From NCBI GenBank assembly GCA_043813605.1, contig JBDRKX010000095.1:1-34227 (forward strand): a DNA stretch of 34,227 nucleotides, written 5' to 3'. This stretch comes from Elusimicrobiota bacterium (GTDB lineage Bacteria > CG03 > SLGR01 > JBDRKX01). The notes under the pieces are model-generated. The model saw only the letters and a list, made by a program, of their open reading frames with translations. It had not been told where the DNA came from and did not search any database. The translations under genes and the position numbers were made by a program. Positions 1-9,200 of this stretch are shown here, one piece after another (within the stretch, counting starts at the first letter, position 1; each line of letters opens with the position of its first letter).

Positions 1-3000
1 TCCCTACACCGAAATCAACTACCGCCCCGTACTGAAGATATAGACCCGTTACATCCATATCCACCACCGCGCCCTGCCCTACTTTTGTCCGGCTGAAGGC
101 CACATTAGAAGGCTTCTTGTTTATTGTTATCGTGCTTAATACTACATCTTTTCCCTGGTCCGGGTTGACCACTCTTACAGCAAGCGCGGTCCCCGTAGGC
201 GAAAAATTCGGGTCTATTATCAGGTCGCATTCGTAATACGTACCGTCTGTCGTCTCGTTCAGCGGCGTCATCAGCGTATTCCCGAAATAGAGGCTCAAAG
301 CGCTGTCAAAGCCGCTGCCTTCCATGCGGAACTTCTTCTCAGGATAATCCGATGTGTCTGCCGCCTGCCCGTAATACTTCGATACAGGCAGCGGTATACT
401 ATCTATCACGGGCATAGGACCTATTACAAAAAATCCGCCCGCCGTACCGGAAGAGGCTGTGCCGCCGCTTACCGGATTATTAAGGTAAACAATCCTATCA
501 CCCGCTGGACACATTGACGAGACATCCACAATTATTTCCAGCAGACTTGAAGATTTCCATGTTAAGCTTTTTACTGTTATCGAATCCGGCGACACGTCAA
601 AATAGACGTCCGAGTCGCTGATCCCGGATTCGAACCCGGAACCTGCGATCTTCAGAGTCTTATCTTCGGTATTCTGGCCCAACCGGTTATCAGGATCGGA
701 ACCGGTTACCGTCAGGCCCGTAAGTTTGGGCTGGGCGGTAACAGTGAGCGCTTTGATAGCAGTAACTGCGAACCCTCCGTCAGGATTTTTTGTAGCCATC
801 CACCGGGCACCCAGCGGCGCGTCTGAATCCACGTTTACTCCCTGCAGTTCGAAAAGACTCTGGCTAAAATTCCCGATACTCCCGGTATCTATCGAAACAT
901 CCGCAGGATACCCTGTAGGATCAGTTGAAAACCATACTTCCAGACCGGTCTGAAAGAAAGCCCCTTTTCCTACAACAGTAATGGTCGAACCGCTCACTCC
1001 CTGGGCCCTTATGTTCGGCAGCAGATAATCGACTTCCGGTTTACGGGTGACTTCAAAATAGCTTTCCCGCGTATATTTTCCGCCGTCGGGATTCGTTATA
1101 GTCGCATTACGCAGACCGGATACCGCGAGATCGCTGACATCTATGGTTACGGTAAAAGACGAGGCATAGTAGACATAATCCGATACGGTTATTCCGAGCC
1201 CGATATCCAGCTTACACCCGTCCTGCATATCGCTTCCTGTAACTGTGATAGCCAGACCGGCAACACCCTGGCCCGCGGAGGTCTCGCTGAGCGAAGTTAA
1301 AGTAGGCTTTTTATTTATTTTTATCGCATTGGAAATAACATTACTCTCTCCCTGGTCGGCATTTATGACTTTCAGGTCTTTGTCCCCCACAGGGCAGCCG
1401 TCATATATCTTTATATTGGCCCAGAACACCGTAGCGCCCGGCGAAAGCCGCGAGGATATCAGTTTTATCTCGCTTTCTTCCACTCCGAAATCCAGTTTTA
1501 TCCCCGTTCTGAAATCCGACCCTTCAATTTTTAATTCCTGGCTGGTATCTTCTCCGAATTCAAGAAAAGAGGGTTCGGTTATCGTGCTTATTATCGGCAT
1601 GGCATTAATAGTCATTGAACTCGACATGAAGAAATATCCGCCGTTACCCTTGTTTATTACCTCGATGTCCACCGGCCCGGTGGGACATTCGGAAGAAATA
1701 TCCACTGTAACGTCAATATGATCCGCGTAGGTATCCACTCCTTTCACAGTAAACGAGCTGGTCGGTATCTCCGGGCCCGAAGGCGAAAGAAAATTGACTT
1801 CGACATTCCCCGACTCAAAACCCGACCCGTACAGTTTTATGACCTTACTGTCTACGTTCTGCCCCAGTTCATTGCCCGGCGTGGAACCCGGTATATCCAG
1901 GCTTGTCACTTCCAGCGCGCTTGCCACTTTAAATCTTATACCGGCATCAACGACCGAATCAGCGTATCCTTTATCCGGATTGGTCAGGATAACCCGCCAG
2001 TCATTGCTCACAGTGGCGGTTGCCAGGAAAGTAACGTATGCCTCTATTTTTCCGGAGCTTATCATTTGCGTATCATTCACGATCACGCCGCCGTACTGCT
2101 GCTCGGGTATAATGAACCGGCATTCGGTTGAATCCCCGAAATTGCTCCCCAGGATCGTGATTGTGGCATAAGAAATTTCCGTGGCCCTCACCTGGGGCGA
2201 GAGATAATCGATCTTGGGCCTGGTGTTTATCTGGAATTTTTTTCTGTAAGCCGGCGGGCACTTGGCCGGCTCGGCAAAAATCCCATCCGGCGGGTTCTGT
2301 ATATAAATATCCATGTCGCCTGTACCCGCATTGAGCCCTATCTGTACCGCGCAGGTTATAGTTGACCTGCTGTAAGTGTAATCCGAAGTCGTTACGCCGC
2401 CGTGAGAAAATATGAGTTCGCATCCGGGAGCGAAACTCTTGCCGTAGACAGTAATGCTGAACGTGGAAAGAACATCATCGTAATGCCAGTTCTGGCCGTA
2501 GGAAGCCTGCTCGAAATCAGGGTCGACTACGACATTGGATATCTGCGGGAGTACCCTGAAATAGACATCCTGGGAATCCTCGTCAATTTCGCCGTTATGA
2601 ACATTCATCTTGAAGGTTCCGGTAATATCAGGGACAACGAACTTGACCTGGGAATCGTTCCAGACAAGGACAGAATCGGTATCCAGGGACTGAAGATTTG
2701 GCCAGCCCTCCATATGCAGGTAACTGTTGGCGCGGGGATCGCCGAACATGCCGCCTGTTATATCGGCATACCCACCCGTCAGGGCGCCGCCCGCCAGCAG
2801 GTCGTTTCCCACCATATCTTTTATCCAGTACATATAAGGTTTAAAATAGAGGGGCTGCTCATTCCACTGTAAATTGGCGTCATAACTTCCGCCGGTCTTA
2901 TTGTAGAGCAAGCCCAGGTTGCAGGGCCCGGCCTGGCTGCCGTCATCGCCTCCCTCATACTGCATTTCTACTACAATCCTGTCGCCGTTGCGGACATCCA

Positions 3001-6000
3001 GATCAACACCCATATCGGTATCCCCGTCACCGGTATGGCCGAGAAAGGTATAGGGATTAGTGAGACCCGCTTCGCTGCAGCTCGCGGCGTCCGTAGTCTG
3101 GGCCAGGGGGGCGGCCGCGCCGCCTTTTTCCACTCTGTCCGAAATGAGCCATTCCTCCTCTTTGGTGCTTTCGGTAATAAGAAGTTCATACGAGTCGGGC
3201 CACATCTCGGCGCCGGCATCGTTACTTGCCCTCCAGAGATATGCCTGTCCCGTGATATCGAAACCATTCTGCCAGCCGGAATCACCGTCATTCTGACAGA
3301 CGCCGCCCTGCAGTCTCCACTTGGTCTCCTTTTTTATTACCTGGCCGCCCACAAGCGGCTGCGAGACCCATATGCCGAGCGTATGGTTGCCTGAAGTAAT
3401 TGGCCCTATTATTATACTCTTATTCTCGCTGCCCTGGCTTATATTCATGACACGGGCATCCCCGTCTGTCCAGCTTGTCATGTTTTCCACGCGGGAATCC
3501 TGCGGCCCTGAAGGATGCGGGCCTTTTGTCTTATGGGAACCCGGGTAGAGCACATAGCCCGATATTCCCGGAGGCGAGCCCGTAAGGTACGTATCCTGCG
3601 GACTGTAGGCGGAAGCCGAATTTTCCGCCCCTGAGGGAGTACTGTCTTTGGGATTCCCGGCGGATACATAAAAAGAGTAAAGCGTATTATATCTGAGCCC
3701 TTTGATAAGAGCAGGCTCGCCGGGATCGCCCCCGCCCCAGCCGCTCTTTGTCTTCCAGGACGCCCAGGTGATACTCCCCAGCGTACCGTCGGTCTGTACA
3801 TACTCTGTCCCGTATTCGGAGGAGACCGCTTTTATAAGGTAATAGAACCCTGACGCTGTCTCCGCGGGATTGTCATTTATCGTTAAATACACCTGGTCAG
3901 TATAAGGGCCGGCTACGACATCAGGCGCGTTCGGCGCCATGGGAGCGACATACTGGCTTGTTTTTTCACTCATCCCGGCGGAGGGCTGGCCCCATGTGTC
4001 CGTATGGTTCGACCTTATATAATCAAACTTATCGTCACCGTTCAGCGCAGAAACAGTCCAGGTGTATGTGGAATTATTACCTTCAAAACCGTATTCCCAG
4101 CCCGAATCCGCGCCCCCGTTTAATTTGTAGCTGAAGGTCGGAGAGGAAAAATGGGTCTCCGTCCAGATGGAGCGCAATATAATAGAGGTATTGCCGGAGA
4201 CCGGCGCAGGGTCAAATGCTACTGGGGTCGCTATAACCGGCCCTATATTATCCACAGCGAAACTGTAGATAGTTCCGTAGGGGCTGTTTTCGCTGCTCTC
4301 GTCATTAACCTTGAACCGGAAAGAGACATCCGCGCTGTCAATGTTGTTTATCTGGTTCTTGGAATACCAGGTAACAGTTGTCACCTCCCCTGACCAGTCT
4401 GTGGCAGAACTGAACTCATCATCAGGCGGCGTGGCGCCGGTAAAAACAAGGCTGCCGTCCGCAATCGGGGTCCATCCCGCGCCGTTTAAGTTATATTGGG
4501 CGCTGCCGGTAGTGAAAGTTGAGATTTCGGGCGCGCCATTGTCCCTTACCCGGAATTTAATATCTACATATCCGGTACTGTCGGCTCTTCTCACCGCGCC
4601 GCCGAGCGTATGCGCTTCGGTATAACCCAGGGCAAGGACAGAGGGGTCTGTCACCCCTTTAACCGAGATGCCGAAATCTGAAAGCGAGTTTTCGCCCGAT
4701 GTCGGTGTGTTATCCTGGGCGTTCCCGGCAACTACGGAGAACCAGTATGTCACAGCTCCCAGAAGATCCTGCACCGTAACAGGCACGCCCCAGGTGGTAG
4801 TTGTCTGCCATACCTGGTTGTCTCCGAGGGTGCCGTCCGCCTGGATATACTGGACCAGTCCCGAAGGCGCTACTGTGGCTCTTATCAAGTAGAATAGATC
4901 AGATCCGGTCTCACCGGCATTCTTGTTTATAGTAACGTCTATATTCTTGTACGTGATGTTATTTACAGTGGGCGCATCGGGCTGCAATGGTTTTACATAA
5001 ATTTCTTCAACCTCGCTTTCCGCACCGCACTCATTCCCGAAACTGTCCGTATATTTTGAGTTGATAGCCGCAAACATGTCATCACCGTCCAGGGTAACGG
5101 AATAATCTTTGTAAGAATTGTTCCCCGCCACATCACCGGCGGCCCAGCCGAGAGGGCCCGCGGCGTTCAGATTATAGTCGAACTGCGGCGTACCCGTATT
5201 GGTCTCCGTCCAGACAGAGCGCAGCCTGAAAGACGTATTGCCTGAAACGGGCAGCGGGGCAAAATAAACATCCGTTGCAATAACAGGCCCTTTTGTGTCA
5301 AGAACAAACCCTGTCATTTTCCCGTAGGGGCCCGAATAACCGTAACTGTCCGTGACCATAAAACGGAAGTCGACATTAGAAGAGTCAATACCATCAGGCG
5401 CGGTCCAGGTAATTGTGGAAACCTCTCCCGTCCAGTCTTCGGCCGGCTCAAAGTTCCCGTCAGGCGTAAATGCCACATCACTGTCATAAACATTTATCCA
5501 GTCGCCTGAGTTTACCCTGTACCCGGCGCTGCCGCTCTTGAATATGGAATTATCCGTTGAAAAGTGAAAATCCTTCACCCTGAAATACATATCGACATTT
5601 CCTAAGCCGTCCGTACTCTGGCTGACCCCGCCCAGGACATAGTATGAATCATAACCCAGTCTCGGAATCCCGTCCGGTTTTATCACAATATGATAGGCTG
5701 TGGACTCCTCGCCCCCGTCGTCGTAAGTCCAGGCTACATCGCCTGTGAAGCCCGCCGCCGTCGGTTTTATAAAAGCAGCTCCCTCAGTCGGGCCGGCCCC
5801 GGAACCGGATGCCTCCTGAACGGTTATACCCGTATAACCTGCTGGATATCCGGGGACGGCCGGGTTGCCGTCGTCATCATCATAGGCAAAAAGAGAAAGA
5901 ACAAGCGAGTTGGATTCAGCCACGCCGACATCCGGAGACGTCGGAAATTGTACAGGAGGGCTCAAGTCATTATAATCGTATTCGCCTATCGGGGCCGTCA

Positions 6001-8290
6001 GGCTCTGTCCGTAGAATCTCATCACAATGCCCTGCATTGTTTCACTTACGGAGGTATTAAACTGGTAGTTTGCTGGTTCGTTTGCGGTTGCCACCTTGTA
6101 CCAGACCCTGGAAGCCATTGCGGCTGCGACAGGATGCTGGATCGTGTCAAAAATGGGGATCCATCCTTCTTCTTCAGGGGTAAGGTCCGCGACGTCCGTT
6201 TGATTTTTGTCCTTTGCTACGATCGCCACAAGGAGGTCTCCTTCGGCGGTATTATTCGGCTTGGCCACAGTAATGGAAGCAACGACAGCAGTCTCGGCCT
6301 CACTATATTGGCCGCTATACTCAAGCCCCGTATAAGACGGCTCATAAATCTGGATCTCGGTCGTTAATTTGGATGACGACCCCTCGTCTGAAAGCGAGTT
6401 CTCCGCCGCGGTAGGTGTAGGATCCTTGGAGTTTCCCGCGGCGACCGAGACCCAGTATTCCGTGCCTCCGGCCAGGCCAATCACTTCATCGGTCGGATTA
6501 GTCGATGCCCAGGTGGAAGTTGTCTGCCAGACCTCGGCATCTCCAAGAGTGCCGTCTGCCTGCACATACTTATCCGTAAGACCCTGTGTAGAAAATTTTA
6601 TTCTATAGAATATATTAGATCCCCCTTCTGTGAGATTCACGTTTATCGCAATAGTAGCTGTAGCTATTTTCACACTGCTTATGTCCGGCGTAGGGGGCTT
6701 TTTGGGCTTTACATACATGGTCGCGGAACTCAAAGCCACGCAGGACTGGCCCGTAGAGTCGATATAGGTTGACGCTACCACATCGAATTTATCGCTCCCG
6801 GTAAGCTCACCCGTAACAAAATATTTAGTTGAATCGTTCCCGTAAGATCCGTCCTCCCAGCCCTGCCACCCCCCGCCGTTTAACTCGTAGCCGAACTGCG
6901 GTGTGCCGACATTAGACTCTGCCCACACAGCCCTCAGCATGATGCCCGTATCTCCCGAAACTACAGCAGGGTCAAAATAGATATCGGTAGCAATTTTAGG
7001 GCCCCTGGTATCCATGGAAAACCCGCTTATCGCACCGTAGGCGCTGTCGGTGAAACCGTCGTTTACCTTGAACCGGAATTGCCCGTTGACAGTATCACAG
7101 CCCTCTCCCGGGTCCCAGGTGACGGTTGAAATCTCCCCGCTCCAGTCAGCAGCCGTGGTGAAGGTCCCATCTGTGAGAAAGCTCAGTTCGCCGCCAGGGA
7201 TATCCGTCCAGCCGAGCGCCGCGCTTTCCCAAACCTGGGCGCTGCCGCTTATATAAGTGCAGTTGTCAGATTCGGCGTCCTTTACCCTGAAAAATATATC
7301 GATCGTTGATGTATAGACGGTATACCCGCCTAAAACATTATCCGAATCATACCCTAAAACCGGTGTAACATTAGGCGCAATGGCAAGCTGGAAATAAGCT
7401 GCCGCGTCTGATATATTAGGATTAACAATCGCGTTTCCGGTCCAGCCCGCTGATGCCTGGAATTTTGTGCCCCAGCAGCCGCTGGCGCCCGGATCAGCCG
7501 TTCCTGACGCCTGCTCGTCGGACTCGACCCAGGGCAGCGTTACGCTGTATGGGTCGCCGTCGCCGCCGTCAAAAGATAAACCGTAGATCGCCAGGCAGTT
7601 ATTAACAGTAGTCTGAATCTGGGGAATTGTATGAGGATCGGCGCTCGCGGCTGACTGGGTAAAGTTGGATACATTGATGGGGCCGGATGTAAGCGCGCCG
7701 GAGATGCGTAAATACCAGCCGAAGATCTGGTAATTTCCTACAGTAGTGACGTTTTGATTACCTTCGCCTCCTACCGCCGCTCGCCAGTAAACCGCGATAT
7801 GCGAATCCGAGGTGGCGTTACCGGACTCGCCTACTTTATTCCAGCCTGCGACAGCATTAAACCGGATTCCGGTGTTGGTGTCGCAATTACCTACAATTAA
7901 AAGCAGCAGCTCGCCCGTGGTGATACCCGCCGGCGCGGTAAGGGTTATATTATTGACTATAGCTCCGCCGCTGGTTGTAGCCTCAAAATCTTCTACGACC
8001 GGAACAGCAAAAACCCGCCCCGCCCCCATCACCACCACCACAATCACCATAATTATGGTGACACAATACTTAATTATTTTTACCATACTGAAAATCTCAC
8101 GTATAATTATGGTGACACAATACTTAATTATTTTCACCCCGCCGGAAACCAGCCGTAAGACGGCATTTATAATTATGGTGACACAATACTTAATTATTTT
8201 CATCCCGCCGGAAACCAGCCGTAAGACGGCATTAATACGATTTTTTTTCGTATTAAGCGCCATATTCACAGTATTTCCAGCAGTGTTCAT
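1..8290 (-). CDS. Giant secreted/surface repeat protein (FN3-like and IPT/TIG-like beta-sandwich repeats), 3'-partial; about 2,700 aa or more
   Basis: I found no stop when reading this minus frame by hand from ATG 8290 (alternative ATGs 8263, 8203, 8086), and the track lists no ORF in this frame, as expected if it runs off the edge. The many + strand ORFs here are its antisense shadows. Signal-like MVKIIKYCVTIIMVIVVVMGAGRVFA-VP, then G/T/S/D-rich repeats (LGYD...FRVKD...DWSGE.STVTW...YVQADGTLG...ENSLSD x3; GQ...ITVTGS.F...V.NPDGG units). Confidence 0.9.
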   Translation of the reverse strand, partial: MNTAGNTVNMALNTKKNRINAVLRLVSGGMKIIKYCVTIIINAVLRLVSGGVKIIKYCVTIIIREIFSMVKIIKYCVTIIMVIVVVVMGAGRVFAVPVVEDFEATTSGGAIVNNITLTAPAGITTGELLLLIVGNCDTNTGIRFNAVAGWNKVGESGNATSDSHIAVYWRAAVGGEGNQNVTTVGNYQIFGWYLRISGALTSGPINVSNFTQSAASADPHTIPQIQTTVNNCLAIYGLSFDGGDGDPYSVTLPWVESDEQASGTADPGASGCWGTKFQASAGWTGNAIVNPNISDAAAYFQLAIAPNVTPVLGYDSDNVLGGYTVYTSTIDIFFRVKDAESDNCTYISGSAQVWESAALGWTDIPGGELSFLTDGTFTTAADWSGEISTVTWDPGEGCDTVNGQFRFKVNDGFTDSAYGAISGFSMDTRGPKIATDIYFDPAVVSGDTGIMLRAVWAESNVGTPQFGYELNGGGWQGWEDGSYGNDSTKYFVTGELTGSDKFDVVASTYIDSTGQSCVALSSATMYVKPKKPPTPDISSVKIATATIAINVNLTEGGSNIFYRIKFSTQGLTDKYVQADGTLGDAEVWQTTSTWASTNPTDEVIGLAGGTEYWVSVAAGNSKDPTPTAAENSLSDEGSSSKLTTEIQIYEPSYTGLEYSGQYSEAETAVVASITVAKPNNTAEGDLLVAIVAKDKNQTDVADLTPEEEGWIPIFDTIQHPVAAAMASRVWYKVATANEPANYQFNTSVSETMQGIVMRFYGQSLTAPIGEYDYNDLSPPVQFPTSPDVGVAESNSLVLSLFAYDDDDGNPAVPGYPAGYTGITVQEASGSGAGPTEGAAFIKPTAAGFTGDVAWTYDDGGEESTAYHIVIKPDGIPRLGYDSYYVLGGVSQSTDGLGNVDMYFRVKDFHFSTDNSIFKSGSAGYRVNSGDWINVYDSDVAFTPDGNFEPAEDWTGEVSTITWTAPDGIDSSNVDFRFMVTDSYGYSGPYGKMTGFVLDTKGPVIATDVYFAPLPVSGNTSFRLRSVWTETNTGTPQFDYNLNAAGPLGWAAGDVAGNNSYKDYSVTLDGDDMFAAINSKYTDSFGNECGAESEVEEIYVKPLQPDAPTVNNITYKNIDVTINKNAGETGSDLFYLIRATVAPSGLVQYIQADGTLGDNQVWQTTTTWGVPVTVQDLLGAVTYWFSVVAGNAQDNTPTSGENSLSDFGISVKGVTDPSVLALGYTEAHTLGGAVRRADSTGYVDIKFRVRDNGAPEISTFTTGSAQYNLNGAGWTPIADGSLVFTGATPPDDEFSSATDWSGEVTTVTWYSKNQINNIDSADVSFRFKVNDESSENSPYGTIYSFAVDNIGPVIATPVAFDPAPVSGNTSIILRSIWTETHFSSPTFSYKLNGGADSGWEYGFEGNNSTYTWTVSALNGDDKFDYIRSNHTDTWGQPSAGMSEKTSQYVAPMAPNAPDVVAGPYTDQVYLTINDNPAETASGFYYLIKAVSSEYGTEYVQTDGTLGSITWASWKTKSGWGGGDPGEPALIKGLRYNTLYSFYVSAGNPKDSTPSGAENSASAYSPQDTYLTGSPPGISGYVLYPGSHKTKGPHPSGPQDSRVENMTSWTDGDARVMNISQGSENKSIIIGPITSGNHTLGIWVSQPLVGGQVIKKETKWRLQGGVCQNDGDSGWQNGFDITGQAYLWRASNDAGAEMWPDSYELLITESTKEEEWLISDRVEKGGAAAPLAQTTDAASCSEAGLTNPYTFLGHTGDGDTDMGVDLDVRNGDRIVVEMQYEGGDDGSQAGPCNLGLLYNKTGGSYDANLQWNEQPLYFKPYMYWIKDMVGNDLLAGGALTGGYADITGGMFGDPRANSYLHMEGWPNLQSLDTDSVLVWNDSQVKFVVPDITGTFKMNVHNGEIDEDSQDVYFRVLPQISNVVVDPDFEQASYGQNWHYDDVLSTFSITVYGKSFAPGCELIFSHGGVTTSDYTYSRSTITCAVQIGLNAGTGDMDIYIQNPPDGIFAEPAKCPPAYRKKFQINTRPKIDYLSPQVRATEISYATITILGSNFGDSTECRFIIPEQQYGGVIVNDTQMISSGKIEAYVTFLATATVSNDWRVILTNPDKGYADSVVDAGIRFKVASALEVTSLDIPGSTPGNELGQNVDSKVIKLYGSGFESGNVEVNFLSPSGPEIPTSSFTVKGVDTYADHIDVTVDISSECPTGPVDIEVINKGNGGYFFMSSSMTINAMPIISTITEPSFLEFGEDTSQELKIEGSDFRTGIKLDFGVEESEIKLISSRLSPGATVFWANIKIYDGCPVGDKDLKVINADQGESNVISNAIKINKKPTLTSLSETSAGQGVAGLAITVTGSDMQDGCKLDIGLGITVSDYVYYASSFTVTIDVSDLAVSGLRNATITNPDGGKYTRESYFEVTRKPEVDYLLPNIRAQGVSGSTITVVGKGAFFQTGLEVWFSTDPTGYPADVSIDTGSIGNFSQSLFELQGVNVDSDAPLGARWMATKNPDGGFAVTAIKALTVTAQPKLTGLTVTGSDPDNRLGQNTEDKTLKIAGSGFESGISDSDVYFDVSPDSITVKSLTWKSSSLLEIIVDVSSMCPAGDRIVYLNNPVSGGTASSGTAGGFFVIGPMPVIDSIPLPVSKYYGQAADTSDYPEKKFRMEGSGFDSALSLYFGNTLMTPLNETTDGTYYECDLIIDPNFSPTGTALAVRVVNPDQGKDVVLSTITINKKPSNVAFSRTKVGQGAVVDMDVTGLYLQYGAVVDFGVG
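8051..8198. repeat. Three direct copies of 28-bp REP-like repeat AATTATGGTGACACAATACTTAATTATT (8051-8078, 8105-8132, 8171-8198)
   Basis: Exact copies read directly, spaced 54 and 66 bp; identical to the RAYT terminal repeat at 13454-13481. Confidence 0.95.
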
Positions 8291-8295
8291 TTTAT
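8171..8295. repeat. Direct repeat copy 1 (about 125 bp) flanking the RelE toxin-antitoxin module
   Basis: Near-identical to 8834-9054 once the 96-bp insertion there is removed. Confidence 0.9.
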
Positions 8296-8543
8296 TTGTA
8301 AACTTCTTTCCTGTGTCCTACTTTAATTATTGTCAAACCAGCATTTTTTTTATCTACGGAATAGACAACCCGATAATTGCCGATCCTGATTCTATAAATA
8401 CCTTCTCTCAATTTCATACAACCTTTCGGATATGGTTTTTCAGCAAGTAAAAATATGTGTTTAGAAATACGTTCATAAGCATTTAGAGGAATTTTATTAA
8501 GTTCCTTTTCTGCTGAATGTTTTATTTTCAGTTCATATTTCAT
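8292..8543 (-). CDS. relE: RelE/ParE family type II toxin
   Basis: 83 aa basic protein, AEKELNKIP...LAEKPYPKGCMKL...YRIRIGNYRVVYSVD...KVGHRKEVY, typical of RelE. Confidence 0.9.
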   Translation of the reverse strand: MKYELKIKHSAEKELNKIPLNAYERISKHIFLLAEKPYPKGCMKLREGIYRIRIGNYRVVYSVDKKNAGLTIIKVGHRKEVYK

Positions 8544-8734
8544 GTTTTTCTCATACGCTTTTTATGATACTCAGAGAATAAGCGCGATGACTCATTTTTT
8601 CTGTCATTTACATCCCTCAAATCTTCAATTTCCTCTAATAATTCCTCGTACTTTTCATAGTCCAGAATTACCGCCTTCTTGTTCCCCTTTTTATCAATTA
8701 TAAAATCCGGATTTACTATTAATTTTCCCTGCAT
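8540..8734 (-). CDS. Putative antitoxin of the RelE toxin
   Basis: 64 aa, FIIDKKGNKKAVILDYEKYEELLEEIEDL; GGAGG RBS; ATGA overlap with the toxin. Confidence 0.8.
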   Translation of the reverse strand: MQGKLIVNPDFIIDKKGNKKAVILDYEKYEELLEEIEDLRDVNDRKNESSRLFSEYHKKRMRKT

Positions 8735-8743
8735 TCTATCCTC

Positions 8744-9049
8744 CTATTCTGCATTCTCAACATCCCCGACGCCATAGCCGGTATAACATCGAAAACCATT
8801 GTTATTATAATTATAGTGATAATTATGATGACTAATTATGGTGACACAATACTTAATTATTTTCATCCCGCCGGAAACCAGCCGTAAGACGGCATTAATA
8901 CGATTTTTTTTCGTATTTATCGCCATATTCACCCCGTTAGAAACGTCTCCACCCCATATAGCAAGCTTACGGGATATACAGGATAAATCTTCTTTCGCGC
9001 AGAGCGCGCCCGTTCTAACAGGGTTCACAGTATTTCCAGCAGTGTTCAT
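8744..9049 (-). pseudogene. Orphan duplicate of the giant gene's 5' leader, interrupted by a MITE and not fused to a gene body
   Basis: MNTAGNTVN...MAINTKKNRINAVLRLVSGGMKIIKYCVTII matches the N-terminus read from 8290. An adjacent frame continues as signal-like VIIIITIIIITMVFDVIPAMA. Confidence 0.55.
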
Positions 9050-9054
9050 TTTAT
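8834..9054. repeat. Direct repeat copy 2, starting with the 28-bp REP-like repeat (8834-8861)
   Basis: Alignment by eye to 8171-8295. Confidence 0.9.
8932..9023. mobile_element. 92-bp MITE-like insertion with 11-bp TIRs and TTCA target duplication
   Basis: Ends CCCCGTTAGAA ... TTCTAACAGGG; TTCA at 8928-8931 and 9024-9027; empty site CATATTCACAGTA present at 8261-8273. Confidence 0.85.
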
Positions 9055-9200
9055 CTGTATATCCCTTCGCCCCATAATTTATTCCGGTTTTTCATTTTTC
9101 GCATTTTCTTTATCTTTCCGCTATTCTCTCTACGCCGGAACTCTTCTTCTATTTTTCTGCGCTTATCCGGTCTAAAAAAGATGACGGTTTCAGATTCCAT
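9051..9200 (-). CDS. Small hypothetical basic protein (49 aa)
   Basis: MESETVIFFRPDKRRKIEEEFRRRENSGKIKKMRKMKNRNKLWGEGIYR; the start overlaps the HEPN 3' end and the ORF fills the gap exactly; no recognisable motif. Confidence 0.3.
   Translation of the reverse strand: MESETVIFFRPDKRRKIEEEFRRRENSGKIKKMRKMKNRNKLWGEGIYR

Noticed and set aside
8051..8198. Mini CRISPR array (28-bp repeats, 26- and 38-bp spacers)
   Set aside because: Unequal spacers, the second spacer is itself repeated, no cas genes, and the repeat equals the RAYT terminal repeat.
726..8450. Numerous + strand ORFs and three short - strand ORFs in the track
   Set aside because: They fall in shadow or alternate frames of the giant minus-strand gene.
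8171..9054. Integron attC cassettes
   Set aside because: No integrase in the window and no convincing RYYYAAC/GTTRRRY box pair in the repeats.
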